Origin: Candidatus Kuenenia stuttgartensis
Lineage (GTDB): Bacteria > Planctomycetota > UBA11346
Direction: 5' to 3'
Assembly: GCA_945876185.1 (NCBI GenBank)
Contig: CAMCMZ010000002.1
Coordinates: forward strand, 24,073 to 88,072
Length of the DNA: 64,000 nucleotides
The translations under genes were made by a program, and so were the position numbers. Below the pieces are notes generated by a model. It was given only the letters and a program-made list of their open reading frames with translations. It had not been told where the DNA came from and ran no database searches. This document shows, piece after piece, positions 28,385 to 39,007 of this stretch (the first letter of the stretch is position 1; every line of letters begins with the position of its first letter).

Positions 28385-28927
28385 ATGACCCGATCGCCTT
28401 CCTTGGTGCCATCCCCGGCGCCCGCCCCAGCCCCCCTCCCGCTGATCCGCTTGGCCTCGCCCGATGATCTCAATGCCATCTGCCGACTCGACACTGACAG
28501 CTTCCCGGTCGCCGATCGATTCCCGCGCCGGACCTGGCGCCTGCTGCTCGGTGCGTCCGCGCAGTCCCAAAGCTCGCTCACCTTGGTGGCAACTGGTCCG
28601 GAACCGCTGCCACTTCTGGGCGCGATCAACCTGCTGTTGCGGCGCGGATCCAAGGTGGTGCGCATCTATTCCATCGCCGTCGCGGCGGCGGCGCGCGGCC
28701 GGGGCCTGGCGCGCCACCTGATCGCGGCCGCCGAAGCTCGCCTGCCGCCGCACATCACCGCCATCTCGCTGGAGGTCCGCGCCGACAACGAGGCCGCACG
28801 GGCGCTCTACCACCGGGTCGGTTTCACCCTCGTCGCGCCGCTGCCCGGCTACTACGCCGACGGGGCCGATGGCGTGCGTCTGCGGGTCGGACGCGCCGCG
28901 TTGCGCTCGCACGTCGGTCCCCCATGA
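28385..28927 (+). CDS. GNAT family N-acetyltransferase (RimI-like)
   Basis: Acetyl-CoA-binding motif IAVAAAARGRGLARHLI (Q/RxxGxG/A). ~180 aa. Confidence 0.65.
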   Translation: MTRSPSLVPSPAPAPAPLPLIRLASPDDLNAICRLDTDSFPVADRFPRRTWRLLLGASAQSQSSLTLVATGPEPLPLLGAINLLLRRGSKVVRIYSIAVAAAARGRGLARHLIAAAEARLPPHITAISLEVRADNEAARALYHRVGFTLVAPLPGYYADGADGVRLRVGRAALRSHVGPP

Positions 28928-28962
28928 TCCCGCCCCATACCCGTCATTTCTGGAGTCTTCGC

Positions 28963-29481
28963 ATGCGCGCCCCCGCTTTCTCCGCTGTCCGCTCCTTGAT
29001 TCTCGCCATGTCGGTCACCGGTGCCGTCCTGGTCAGCGGCTGCACCCGCCAAGAAGTCGCGCCGCCGCCCGTGCCGGTCGCCGCCTGGACCGCCGAAGAC
29101 GGCAGCGCGGTCGCCACCTCCCTGGTTGAGGCCTCGCTCAAGACGCCCTGGGCGAACAGCTTCCGCGAACGCAGCGGCCGCATCCCGCAGGTTCTGGTCG
29201 GCGACATCCGCGACCGCAGCGAGGTCCAGGTCGACACTGCCGCATTCGCCAAGACGCTCGGCCAAGCCCTGCTCGCCAGCGGCAAGGTCGGCCCCGCCGG
29301 CGAGAAACCCGACTTCACCCTGACCGGCGTGATCTCGCCCTCGACCCAGAAAATTCCCAGCGGCAAGGTTGTCGCCGTCGACCTCAGCCTCAGCGACGCC
29401 GCCGGCACGATCGCGTGGAAGGACAGCCTGGAGCACACTGTGCCCGAGCGCCTGCCGCCGGCCCCACCCGCCGCGAAGTGA
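28963..29481 (+). CDS. LpoB-like lipoprotein (penicillin-binding protein activator-like)
   Basis: Lipobox LVSGC. The region VLVGDIRDRSEVQVDTAAFAKTLGQALLASGKV resembles the LpoB core. ORF may start at 28924. Confidence 0.4.
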   Translation: MRAPAFSAVRSLILAMSVTGAVLVSGCTRQEVAPPPVPVAAWTAEDGSAVATSLVEASLKTPWANSFRERSGRIPQVLVGDIRDRSEVQVDTAAFAKTLGQALLASGKVGPAGEKPDFTLTGVISPSTQKIPSGKVVAVDLSLSDAAGTIAWKDSLEHTVPERLPPAPPAAK

Positions 29482-29504
29482 TCCGATAGCTGCGCTTAGG
29501 CTGT

Positions 29505-29880
29505 TCAGGCCTGGGCCGTCTTGGGGAAATACTTTACCCCGGTTTTTCCTGAAAAATCCGCATCCTGGGTCCAAACCACCGCCGCATGCCGCTGGGCGGT
29601 GGCCAGGACGATGCTGTCAGCAGTCGGCATACGCTGGGCCACGGCGAGTGAAGCCGCTTCTACGGCCAGCGTCTCGTCCAGATCCACGACCCGGCCTTGC
29701 CGCATCACCGCGACGACCTTCAGCACCGTGTCGCGTGGCTCGCTGCGCAGAAGCACCTTGATGACCTCCATCAGGACGATGCTCGGAGATCCTTCGGTTT
29801 CTCGATTGGTGGTGCGAACAACCCGGCACGGGGACCATCGTTGATGTATTCCAGCCAACCGCAGGAATCGACCAGGTTCA
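29505..29880 (-). pseudogene. vapC: vapC (PIN domain) disrupted by a -1/+1 frameshift
   Basis: N-terminal PIN segment (M/L)NLVDSCGWLEYINDGPRAGLFAPPIE ends at a TGA. The C-terminal PIN segment SIVLMEVIKVLL...DSIVLATAQRHAAVVWTQDADF continues in another frame of the same strand, ~1 nt offset near 29770. Confidence 0.5.
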
Positions 29881-30087
29881 AGGCAACTCCCGCTCGTCCC
29901 GTTCGAGCTCGGTCGGGATCGCAGGGCAGAGACCGCGGATCGATCGGGGTGGAACCACCAGCAGCAGTTCGATTCGTCCAGCCAGGGCGATGACCTGGAA
30001 CTGCTGTCCTGCTTCGACGTGCAGTTGTTCCCGCACATCACGCGGAATGACCACCTGGAACTTGGGCGACACGGTAACGGTGCTCAT
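29878..30087 (-). CDS. AbrB/MazE/SpoVT-family antitoxin
   Basis: 69 aa. MSTVTVSPKFQVVIPRDVREQL is a swapped-hairpin AbrB-type N-terminus. Stop overlaps the vapC fragment start. Confidence 0.6.
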   Translation of the reverse strand: MSTVTVSPKFQVVIPRDVREQLHVEAGQQFQVIALAGRIELLLVVPPRSIRGLCPAIPTELERDERELP

Positions 30088-30187
30088 GACGGCTCCATCG
30101 ATGGCCGCCCGTACAACGAATCAGGAATCAATCAAATCGGGGAGGACGACGCGCTGAGTTTCCCCACTCCGCCAGTTGTCTCACAGA

Positions 30188-30257
30188 TAAACCGCAAGTG
30201 CGCCTCAGGTGCAAAGTGGGAGGAGAGAAACGACGTGCTGCGTTTCCCCATTTCGCC
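30188..30257 (+). repeat. Partial (left-half, degenerate) copy of the ~100-bp hairpin repeat
   Basis: AAACCGCAAGTGCGCCTCAGGTGCAAAGTGGGAGGAGAGAAACGACG aligns to the left half of 30272-30373. Confidence 0.4.
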
Positions 30258-30271
30258 AAGCTGCTACACAG

Positions 30272-30373
30272 AAAAACCGCAAGTGCGCCCCAGATGCCAG
30301 GCGGGAGGAGGGAGTTGGGCAGCGCCCAATGACCGACGACCAACGCCGCAGATGGGGTGCAATTGCGGTTTTT
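30272..30373 (+). repeat. ~100-bp hairpin repeat (MITE-like) copy 1
   Basis: AAAAACCGCAAGTGCGCCCCAGATGC...GCAGATGGGGTGCAATTGCGGTTTTT. 25-bp terminal inverted repeats. Purine-rich GGGAGGAGG core. ~95% identical to 44654-44756. Confidence 0.6.
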
Positions 30374-30376
30374 CGT

Positions 30377-31858
30377 TCACCACGCCACGCCGTGCATGTC
30401 GCCGGTGCGGATGAACTGCTCGTGCATCGAGAACGCGTCGGCCACCGCCTGCGGGGTGTGGGTGTCGCCGGAGCGCTCGACGTAGGCCTTCAGTTCGTCG
30501 CGATAGTCGGGATGGGCGCACTGGTCGATGATGATCTGGGCGCGTTCAGCCGGGGCCTTGCCGCGCAAGTCAGCGATGCCTTGCTCGGTGACGATGATCT
30601 GCACCGAATGCTCGTTGTGGTCGGCGTGCGAGACCATCGGGACGATGGTCGAGATCTTGCCTTGCTTGGCGACCGACGGACAGATGAACATCGAGATGAA
30701 GGCGTTGCGGGTGAAGTCGCCCGAGCCGCCGATGCCGTTCATCATCTGCTTGCCCAGGACGTGGGTCGAGTTGACGTTGCCGCTGATGTCGACTTCGAGC
30801 GCGGTGTTGCACGAGACGATGCCGAGGCGGCGGACGATCTCGGGGTTGTTGGTGATCTCCTGCGGGCGGAGGATGATCCGGGGGCGGAAGAATTCGAGGT
30901 CCTTGTAGACGGCCTTGCGCCGCTCAGCGCTGATGGTCAGCGACGAACCGGAGGCGAATTTGACCTTCTCCTGCCGCATGAGGTCGATGACGGCGTCCTG
31001 GATGACCTCGGTATACATCTCGAAGGGCGGGATCGCCGGATGGTCGCCGAGGGCGAACAGTACCGCGTTGGCGGTCTCACCGACGCCGGACTGGATGGGT
31101 AGGAATTCTTTGGGAATGCGCCCGGCCTTCATCTCAGCCGCCAGGAATTCAGCGACGTTGTAGCCGATGCGCTTGGTGACCTCGTCGCAGTCGCGGAAGG
31201 AGCCGGTCTCGTCGTCGTGGTTGCATTCGACCACGCCGATGATGCGCGAGGGGTCGATCTTCAGCACTTGCGAGCCGATGCGGTCGTTGACCCGGGTGAG
31301 CGGAATGGCCTGGCGATGGGGCGGGTCGGCGGGCGTGTAGATGTCGTGGAAGCCGCGCAGGGCAGCGGGATGGGCGCGGTTGAGCTCGATCAGCACCTTG
31401 GGCGCGATCTTGCCGAAGGTCGGCGCGGCGCCGACGCCGGTGGTCAGCACCACCTCGCCGTGGTCGTTGATATCGCAGGCCTCGATCACCGCCCAGTCGA
31501 CCTTGCCGAGGAAGCCATAGCGCACGTTCTGCGGAAACATCGACAGGTGCATGTCGAAGAAGCGGATGCGGCCGGCGTTGATCGCGGCGCGCATGTCGGG
31601 ATCGGACTGGTACGGGGTACGGAACGAGATCGCGTCGGCCTTGGCCAGGGCGCCGTCGAGCGACTTGCCGGTGCTGGCACCGGTGAGGACGCCGATCTTG
31701 AACGCGCGTCCGGCGGCGTGCTCGGCCTTGGCGCGCTCGGCCAGGGCGAGCGGGATCACCTTGGGCGCGCCGGCGGGAGTGAAGCCCGAGAATCCGACGT
31801 TGTCGCCGTGGGCGATCAGGGCAGCAGCTTCGGCGGGAGAGAGGCGGGCAAAGGGCAT
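30377..31858 (-). CDS. Acetyl-CoA hydrolase/transferase family protein (succinyl-CoA:acetate/propionate CoA-transferase, ScpC/Cat1-like)
   Basis: 493 aa. Conserved family layout. Adjacent to the methylmalonyl-CoA pathway genes. Confidence 0.8.
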   Translation of the reverse strand: MPFARLSPAEAAALIAHGDNVGFSGFTPAGAPKVIPLALAERAKAEHAAGRAFKIGVLTGASTGKSLDGALAKADAISFRTPYQSDPDMRAAINAGRIRFFDMHLSMFPQNVRYGFLGKVDWAVIEACDINDHGEVVLTTGVGAAPTFGKIAPKVLIELNRAHPAALRGFHDIYTPADPPHRQAIPLTRVNDRIGSQVLKIDPSRIIGVVECNHDDETGSFRDCDEVTKRIGYNVAEFLAAEMKAGRIPKEFLPIQSGVGETANAVLFALGDHPAIPPFEMYTEVIQDAVIDLMRQEKVKFASGSSLTISAERRKAVYKDLEFFRPRIILRPQEITNNPEIVRRLGIVSCNTALEVDISGNVNSTHVLGKQMMNGIGGSGDFTRNAFISMFICPSVAKQGKISTIVPMVSHADHNEHSVQIIVTEQGIADLRGKAPAERAQIIIDQCAHPDYRDELKAYVERSGDTHTPQAVADAFSMHEQFIRTGDMHGVAW

Positions 31859-31927
31859 GGGTCGTCCAGGGGTCGGGGTGCGGGTGGTCGAGTGGTCGGA
31901 AGAAGTAGGCTGGGACGGGCGGGCGCT

Positions 31928-32692
31928 TCAGGTCTCGCGCAGGAGGCGGACCTCGGTGGGCGGAAGGACGGCAGTCGTGCCATCTGCGCCGGTAAGCAGA
32001 AGGCTGCCAGTGAGGTCGATGCCGGCGAAGCGTCCCGAGCGGGTGCCATCATGGGTATCGAGCACGACTTCACGCGGTTCACCCCAGAGCGTGTTCAGTT
32101 CAGCGATGATCGCGGCGAGTCCGCCGACCTGGAAACGGCCATGCAAGGTGCGCAGCTGGCCCAGGATCGCGGCGAGCAGGCGATCGCGGACGGGCGGCGT
32201 GCGCAGGAGATCCACCAGCCGGATCGGGATGCCGCTGAGGGTCGGGTCTTCGCGCGCCGGATCGTTGCTGATGTTGAGGCCCATCCCAATCACGACGCGG
32301 TCGTCATGGAAGCGTTCGACCAGGATGCCGGCGAGCTTGCGATTGCCGATCATGATGTCGTTGGGCCAGCGTAAACGCTGGCCCTGCACCCCGAGCGCGG
32401 CCACCGCCTGAATCACGGCGAGACCGGCGACGAGCGGCAGCGCGGTCCAGACCGAGGCCGGCGCAGGCGTGGGCACCACCGCCGAGCACCACAGACCGCC
32501 GGGATCGCTGACCCACGCCCGGCCGGTGCGGCCGCGGCCGGCGCGCTGGCGGTCGGCGACCAGGCACGACCACGCCGGCAGGGCGGCGGCACGGTCGTTG
32601 GTCGAATCCACCACGGCGGCATGGAGGATCTCCCATCCCGGGGCATCGGGAAGGCTGCGCGGACCGGCAGAGATGGATGGGGCGGCGGCCAT
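31928..32692 (-). CDS. birA: Biotin--[acetyl-CoA-carboxylase] ligase (group I, no DNA-binding domain)
   Basis: 254 aa. GRGRTGRAW biotin-binding loop motif (GRGRxGRxW). Confidence 0.75.
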   Translation of the reverse strand: MAAAPSISAGPRSLPDAPGWEILHAAVVDSTNDRAAALPAWSCLVADRQRAGRGRTGRAWVSDPGGLWCSAVVPTPAPASVWTALPLVAGLAVIQAVAALGVQGQRLRWPNDIMIGNRKLAGILVERFHDDRVVIGMGLNISNDPAREDPTLSGIPIRLVDLLRTPPVRDRLLAAILGQLRTLHGRFQVGGLAAIIAELNTLWGEPREVVLDTHDGTRSGRFAGIDLTGSLLLTGADGTTAVLPPTEVRLLRET

Positions 32693-32700
32693 GGGATCGT

Positions 32701-33111
32701 TCAGGCGATGGAGACGAGGACCTTGCCCTCTTCCACATTTTCACCCTTGGCGCAGTTGATCGCGGCGACTTTCCCGGCCTTGGGCGCGGGGATGACGGTG
32801 TTCATCTTCATCGCTTCGAGCACCAGCACGGGATCGCCGGCCTTAACATCCTGGCCGACGGTGACCTTGACCTCGACGATCAGACCGGTGAGCGGGGCGA
32901 GGATGTCGCCGGAACCGGCCGTGACGGCCGGGCGCGCGGCCGGGGAACCCGCGCCGGGGGGTGCGGCGACCGGGGCGGATTTCACCGGCGCGGCTGGTGC
33001 AGCGACCGCAGCCACGGCGGGAGCAGGAGCGCTGGCGACGCCATCGAGGACCTCGACCGTGGCCTCATAGGCCTTGCCGTCGACGGTGATGCGGAGTTTC
33101 TTGATGGACAT
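32701..33111 (-). CDS. Biotin-containing subunit (1.3S-like biotin carboxyl carrier) of a methylmalonyl-CoA carboxyltransferase/decarboxylase complex
   Basis: Start at MSIKKLRITVDG. Ala/Pro-rich linker. C-terminal biotinyl domain with EAMKM. Precedes birA. Confidence 0.75.
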   Translation of the reverse strand: MSIKKLRITVDGKAYEATVEVLDGVASAPAPAVAAVAAPAAPVKSAPVAAPPGAGSPAARPAVTAGSGDILAPLTGLIVEVKVTVGQDVKAGDPVLVLEAMKMNTVIPAPKAGKVAAINCAKGENVEEGKVLVSIA

Positions 33112-33127
33112 GGTTCTTCCTGGGATT

Positions 33128-33472
33128 TCAGCGGGTCTGGTGGGAGGTGAAATGCTGCCGGCGGCCTTCCTGCGACCAGATGCCGGCAACGGAGATGGTC
33201 GGAGCCACCGCCGGGCGTTTTTGGGTCGAGGTGATCGAGATGACGCGGTACGGCTGATCGATGGTCGCCGCGATCGCGGCAAGAAGGACGGTCAGCGGAA
33301 CCTCGCCGGCCCGGTCGCCGATGGTCCCGGGTGCCTCGTCGAACTGGGCGGCGGCCAGGGCCTGCGCGGCGGCCGCAGCCGCCTGGGCAGCGGTTGCGGC
33401 AGTCTGGGCAGCGGTAGCCGCGGCTTGGGCTGCCGCGATGGCTGTCTGGATCAGGAGGCGGATATCAGACAT
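33128..33472 (-). CDS. Small Ala/Gln-rich hypothetical protein between 12S and the biotin subunit (possible OadG/MmdD-position accessory subunit)
   Basis: 114 aa, low-complexity AAQAAAT repeats. Positional analogy only. No clear TM helix. Confidence 0.25.
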   Translation of the reverse strand: MSDIRLLIQTAIAAAQAAATAAQTAATAAQAAAAAAQALAAAQFDEAPGTIGDRAGEVPLTVLLAAIAATIDQPYRVISITSTQKRPAVAPTISVAGIWSQEGRRQHFTSHQTR

Positions 33473-33537
33473 GAGCGGGCTTCCGAGGATGGGCGGTGGT
33501 AAGGGTGCGGCGATGCGACGGTGCGGCGATGATTGGA

Positions 33538-35088
33538 TCAGAGCGCGATGTTGCCGTGCTTCTTGCCCGGGCGGATCTCGCGCTTGTTCAGGGTGTTGCG
33601 CAGCGCCAACGCCACCAGCGCGCGAGTACGCGATGGTTCAATGACGTCGGTAACCATGTTGTTTTCGGCCGCCTGCCAGGGCGCAGCGAACTGGTCACGG
33701 TATTCGGCCGCCAGCGCCTTGGCCCTGGCCTTGGGATCGTCCGCCTTCTTGATCTCCTCGCGGAAGAGGATGTTGATCGCGCCATCGGCGCCCATCACCG
33801 CGATCTCGGCGCTCGGCCAGGCGAACACCAGATCGGCGCCCATCGACTTCGAGCACATTGCCAGGTACGCGCCGCCATAGGCCTTGCGCATGATCACGGT
33901 GATCTTGGGCACCGTGGCCGACGACCAGGCGAAGAGCATCTTGGCACCGTGGCGGATGATGCCGCCTTGTTCCTGCTGCTTGCCGGGCAGGAATCCCGGC
34001 ACGTCGACGAGCGATATGAGTGGGGTGTTGTAGACGTTGCAGGTGCGGATGAAGCGGGCTGACTTGTCGGATGAGTCGATGTCGAGCGAGCCCGCCTTGA
34101 CCATCGGGTTCGACGAGACGATGCCGACCACCACGCCGCAGACGCGGGCGTAGCAGGTGATGATGTTGCGGGCCCAGTCGGCTTGGACTTCGAGGTATTC
34201 GCCACCATCGACCAGGCGGCGGATGACCTCGTGCGCGTCGATCGGATCCTTGGGGTTCTCAGGAACGAGCGCGTCCATGCCCGGATCGACGGCGGTGTCG
34301 AGCGGTACGTTCAGGTGGTGCGGCGGATCGCTCAGATTGTTCGCCGGCAGGAACGACAGCAGGCGGTGGCTGATCTGGATCGCGTGGCGATCGTCCTCGG
34401 CGACGAAGTGGATGTTGCCCGAGATGGAAGCGTGGGCTGCGGCCGAACCGATCTCGTCCATGGTGACGGTCTGACCGGTGACCGCTTTGATGACCTCCGG
34501 CCCGCAGATGAACATGTTCGCAGCCTTGGTCATGATCAGGAAATCCATCAACGCCGGCGAATAGGCCCCACCGCCGGCGCACGGTCCGGCGATGATCGCG
34601 ATCTGCGGCACCACGCCCGACAGCAGCACGTTGCCGTAGAACACCGCGCCATAGCCGGACAGCGAGTCGATGCCTTCCTGGATGCGGGCGCCGCCGGAAT
34701 CGTTGACCCCGACCACCGGGATGCCGGTCTTGAGCGCGTAGTCCATCAGATCGACAATCTTCTGCGCGTGCATCTTGCCAAGGCTGCCGCCGGCGACGGT
34801 GAAGTCCTGGGCGAAGGCCGCGACCGGATGGCCGGCGACATGGCCGACGCCGGTGATCACACCGTCGCAGGGGATGTCTTTGCCCGACATACCAAAGTCC
34901 TGGCAGTGGTGCTGCACGAACAGGCCGAACTCCATGAAGGTGCCGGGATCGAAGAACGCTCCGATGCGCTGACGCGCGGTGAGCAGGCCCTTCTTGTTGC
35001 GGTCGACTTCCTTCTGGGCGCCGCCACCGGCAAGGCCCTTGGCGCGGCGTTTACTGAGCGTTTCCATGAATTCAGCGGGAATGGGCAT
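33538..35088 (-). CDS. Methylmalonyl-CoA carboxyltransferase 12S subunit / propionyl-CoA carboxylase beta chain
   Basis: 516 aa. MPIPAEFMETLSKRRAKGLAGGGAQKEVDRNKKGLLTARQRI N-terminus and acyl-CoA carboxyltransferase N- and C-domains. Confidence 0.9.
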   Translation of the reverse strand: MPIPAEFMETLSKRRAKGLAGGGAQKEVDRNKKGLLTARQRIGAFFDPGTFMEFGLFVQHHCQDFGMSGKDIPCDGVITGVGHVAGHPVAAFAQDFTVAGGSLGKMHAQKIVDLMDYALKTGIPVVGVNDSGGARIQEGIDSLSGYGAVFYGNVLLSGVVPQIAIIAGPCAGGGAYSPALMDFLIMTKAANMFICGPEVIKAVTGQTVTMDEIGSAAAHASISGNIHFVAEDDRHAIQISHRLLSFLPANNLSDPPHHLNVPLDTAVDPGMDALVPENPKDPIDAHEVIRRLVDGGEYLEVQADWARNIITCYARVCGVVVGIVSSNPMVKAGSLDIDSSDKSARFIRTCNVYNTPLISLVDVPGFLPGKQQEQGGIIRHGAKMLFAWSSATVPKITVIMRKAYGGAYLAMCSKSMGADLVFAWPSAEIAVMGADGAINILFREEIKKADDPKARAKALAAEYRDQFAAPWQAAENNMVTDVIEPSRTRALVALALRNTLNKREIRPGKKHGNIAL

Positions 35089-35201
35089 GGGGATCCTTGC
35101 GGGGTGCGATTGGTCTGGACGGTGGCGGTGGAGGGCGGTGGAGGGCGGTGGAGGGCGGTGGAGGGCGGTGGAGTAAGTGGGGTAAGGTGATGCCGGTCGG
35201 A

Positions 35202-35627
35202 TCAGTGGTCGCCGCCAGGACCATGATCGCCGCCGGCACAGAATTCGGTGAGCACGCCGCGCGTGCTCTTGGGATGCAGGAAGGCAACCTGCTTGCCACC
35301 GGCGCCCGGGATAGGCGTCTCATGGATCAGCCGCACGCCGGCGTCCTTGGCCTGCTTGAGCTGGCCGAGGATGTCACCGGTGGCGAAGGCGACGTGGTGG
35401 ATGCCCTCGCCACGGTCGGCGATGAACTTGGCGATCGGGCTGTCCTCGGCGGTCGGCTCCAGCAGTTCCAGATGCACGCCGCCGACGTTGAAGAACGCGG
35501 TCTTCACCTTCTGCGACGGGACTTCCTCGATCTTCTCGCAGGTCAGGCCAAGAGCTTTTTCATAATAGGGCACGGCCTCGGCGAGGGATTTCACGGCGAT
35601 GCCGAGGTGGTCGATCTTCTGCAGCAT
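35202..35627 (-). CDS. Methylmalonyl-CoA epimerase (glyoxalase/VOC fold)
   Basis: 141 aa. MLQKIDHLGIAVKSLAEAVPYYEKALG and HHVAF are typical of methylmalonyl-CoA epimerase. Confidence 0.8.
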   Translation of the reverse strand: MLQKIDHLGIAVKSLAEAVPYYEKALGLTCEKIEEVPSQKVKTAFFNVGGVHLELLEPTAEDSPIAKFIADRGEGIHHVAFATGDILGQLKQAKDAGVRLIHETPIPGAGGKQVAFLHPKSTRGVLTEFCAGGDHGPGGDH

Positions 35628-35678
35628 GGTTGGCTCCGAGGGGAGAGGTGGCTTGCGGTTGCGGTGATGGAGGCGGAT

Positions 35679-37334
<1,656 letters not shown>

Positions 37335-37350
37335 GGGAATGTCTCCGGAG

Positions 37351-38370
37351 TCAGGCGTGAGTTGCCGAGCAGCAGCCGTGGGCTGCCTCGACCGATTCGA
37401 CGATGGGGGAAATGGGGATGATCGGCTTGAACGCGGCTTCGCTGAGGGTCGGCAGAGATTCGCTCGGCCGGCCGAGCAGGTCAGCGAGCGCGGCGCGGGC
37501 GGTGGCGCGCGGATCGCAGCCGGGGCCGGCAGAGTGAATGGCGGCACGGATCGCGGGCCGCAACAGTTCGACCGCCCAATCGACGGCCTCGGCCTCGCGG
37601 TTGCGCTGGCGACGACGGGCCTGCTCGCCCGAGGCGCGCTGGGCGGCAGCAAGCGCGGTCGCGGTGTCGGCGAGTTCGGCGATGCCCTTGCCCTCGGTGG
37701 CGACGGTGCGCACCAGGGCGCGGCCGCGTTCGCGCGCGACCGGGGTCATCTCCAGCATCAGCGCCTCGGCTGCGGGATGGTCGCCTTTATTAACCACCAG
37801 GATGTCGGCGAGTTCGACAAGGCCGGCCTTCATCGCCTGGATGTCATCGCCCAGACCGGGTGCCATGACCAGGGCGGTGAGGTCGGCCAGGCGCACCACG
37901 TCGATCTCGGCCTGGCCGACGCCGACGGTTTCGATGATCACCGGATCGCAGCCGGCCAGGGCCATGATGCGCACCGCCGCGCCGGCGGCGGCGCACAGGC
38001 CGCCGATGCGGCCACGCGTCGCCATCGAGCGCACCACCACGTTTTCATCCGTGGCGTGCGCCATCATGCGGACGCGGTCACCCAACAGCGCGCCGCCCGA
38101 GATCGGCGACGACGGATCCACCGCTACGACACCGATCCTTCGCCCAAGTGCGCGGTAGTGGCCGATGAGCTGGCCGGTGAGGGTCGACTTGCCCGCGCCA
38201 CCCGGGCCGGTGATGCCGAGGATGGTCGCTGCCGCGACGCGCGAATCTTCGAGCGCAGCGAGGATCTCGCCGGCGCGCGGATCGCCGTTTTCCACGAGTG
38301 AAATAGCGCGGCCGACGGCCCGGGGATTCCGGGCCAGGATGCCAGCGATGATGTCGGCTGGCGTGCGCAC
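37351..38370 (-). CDS. meaB: Methylmalonyl-CoA mutase-associated GTPase MeaB/ArgK
   Basis: P-loop [13 protein letters not shown] base-specificity motif. 339 aa. Sits between the two MCM pieces. Confidence 0.85.
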   Translation of the reverse strand: MRTPADIIAGILARNPRAVGRAISLVENGDPRAGEILAALEDSRVAAATILGITGPGGAGKSTLTGQLIGHYRALGRRIGVVAVDPSSPISGGALLGDRVRMMAHATDENVVVRSMATRGRIGGLCAAAGAAVRIMALAGCDPVIIETVGVGQAEIDVVRLADLTALVMAPGLGDDIQAMKAGLVELADILVVNKGDHPAAEALMLEMTPVARERGRALVRTVATEGKGIAELADTATALAAAQRASGEQARRRQRNREAEAVDWAVELLRPAIRAAIHSAGPGCDPRATARAALADLLGRPSESLPTLSEAAFKPIIPISPIVESVEAAHGCCSATHA

Positions 38371-38372
38371 GC

Positions 38373-38786
38373 TCAGACCTTGGCGGCCTGGGCTTGGCAG
38401 AGCGCAGTCACCGAAGCGATGATGTCCTTCACCGGTGTGCCTGGGGTGAACACCGAGCGGATGCCGGCGCGTTTGAGGCCCGGGATGTCCTCGGCCGGGA
38501 TGACTCCGCCGCCGAAGACCGGGATGTCGCCGCCACCGGCTTTTTCCAAGGCGGCGATCACGGCGGGGAAGAGTTCGTTGTGCGCCCCTGACAACAGGCT
38601 GAGGCCGACCGCGTCGACGTCTTCCTGCACGGCGGCGGCGGCGATCTCTTCCGGGGTGCGGCGGATGCCGGTGTAGACGACCTCGAAGCCGGCGTCGCGC
38701 AGCGCGCGCGAGACGAACTTCGCGCCGCGATCATGGCCATCGAGGCCGGGTTTGCCGATGAGGACGCGGAAGGGGCGGGTGGTCAT
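38373..38786 (-). CDS. Methylmalonyl-CoA mutase B12-binding (cobalamin) domain subunit
   Basis: 137 aa. DxHxxG cobalamin-binding motif (LDGHDRGAK). Rossmann-like B12-binding fold. Confidence 0.8.
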   Translation of the reverse strand: MTTRPFRVLIGKPGLDGHDRGAKFVSRALRDAGFEVVYTGIRRTPEEIAAAAVQEDVDAVGLSLLSGAHNELFPAVIAALEKAGGGDIPVFGGGVIPAEDIPGLKRAGIRSVFTPGTPVKDIIASVTALCQAQAAKV

Positions 38787-39007
38787 GGTCGGGCTTCCTG
38801 TTCGTGGTCGGTCGGGCTGTTCTCTGGGAATCGCTTAAGCGGACAACTGGGTGGGGTTATCCCGTGGCAAGGAACCGGGGCGAGGGATTCTCTGCATGGA
38901 TGCAGGTCGATACAGCCTCCGGATCGGGTCCATGCCGGATCGCGCATGGAAGCGGAACTGGCCGCCGATCCGGGCTGGCAACCCGGATCGGCGATAATCC
39001 CTTGGTT

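Noticed and set aside
30209-31102. ORFs beginning MTDDQRRRWGAIA... inside each hairpin repeat copy (also 44543-44896 and 58926-59204 on the opposite strand)
   Set aside because: The conserved part is only the ~15 codons inside the repeat. Downstream sequence differs at every copy, and copy 1's reading frame runs antisense through the CoA-transferase gene. The conserved peptide is a by-product of the repeat DNA, not a gene.
33128-33472. Assignment of the A/Q-rich small ORF as OadG/MmdD membrane anchor
   Set aside because: Only positional analogy supports it. The sequence lacks the N-terminal TM helix expected for OadG and is low-complexity, so it is kept as hypothetical only.
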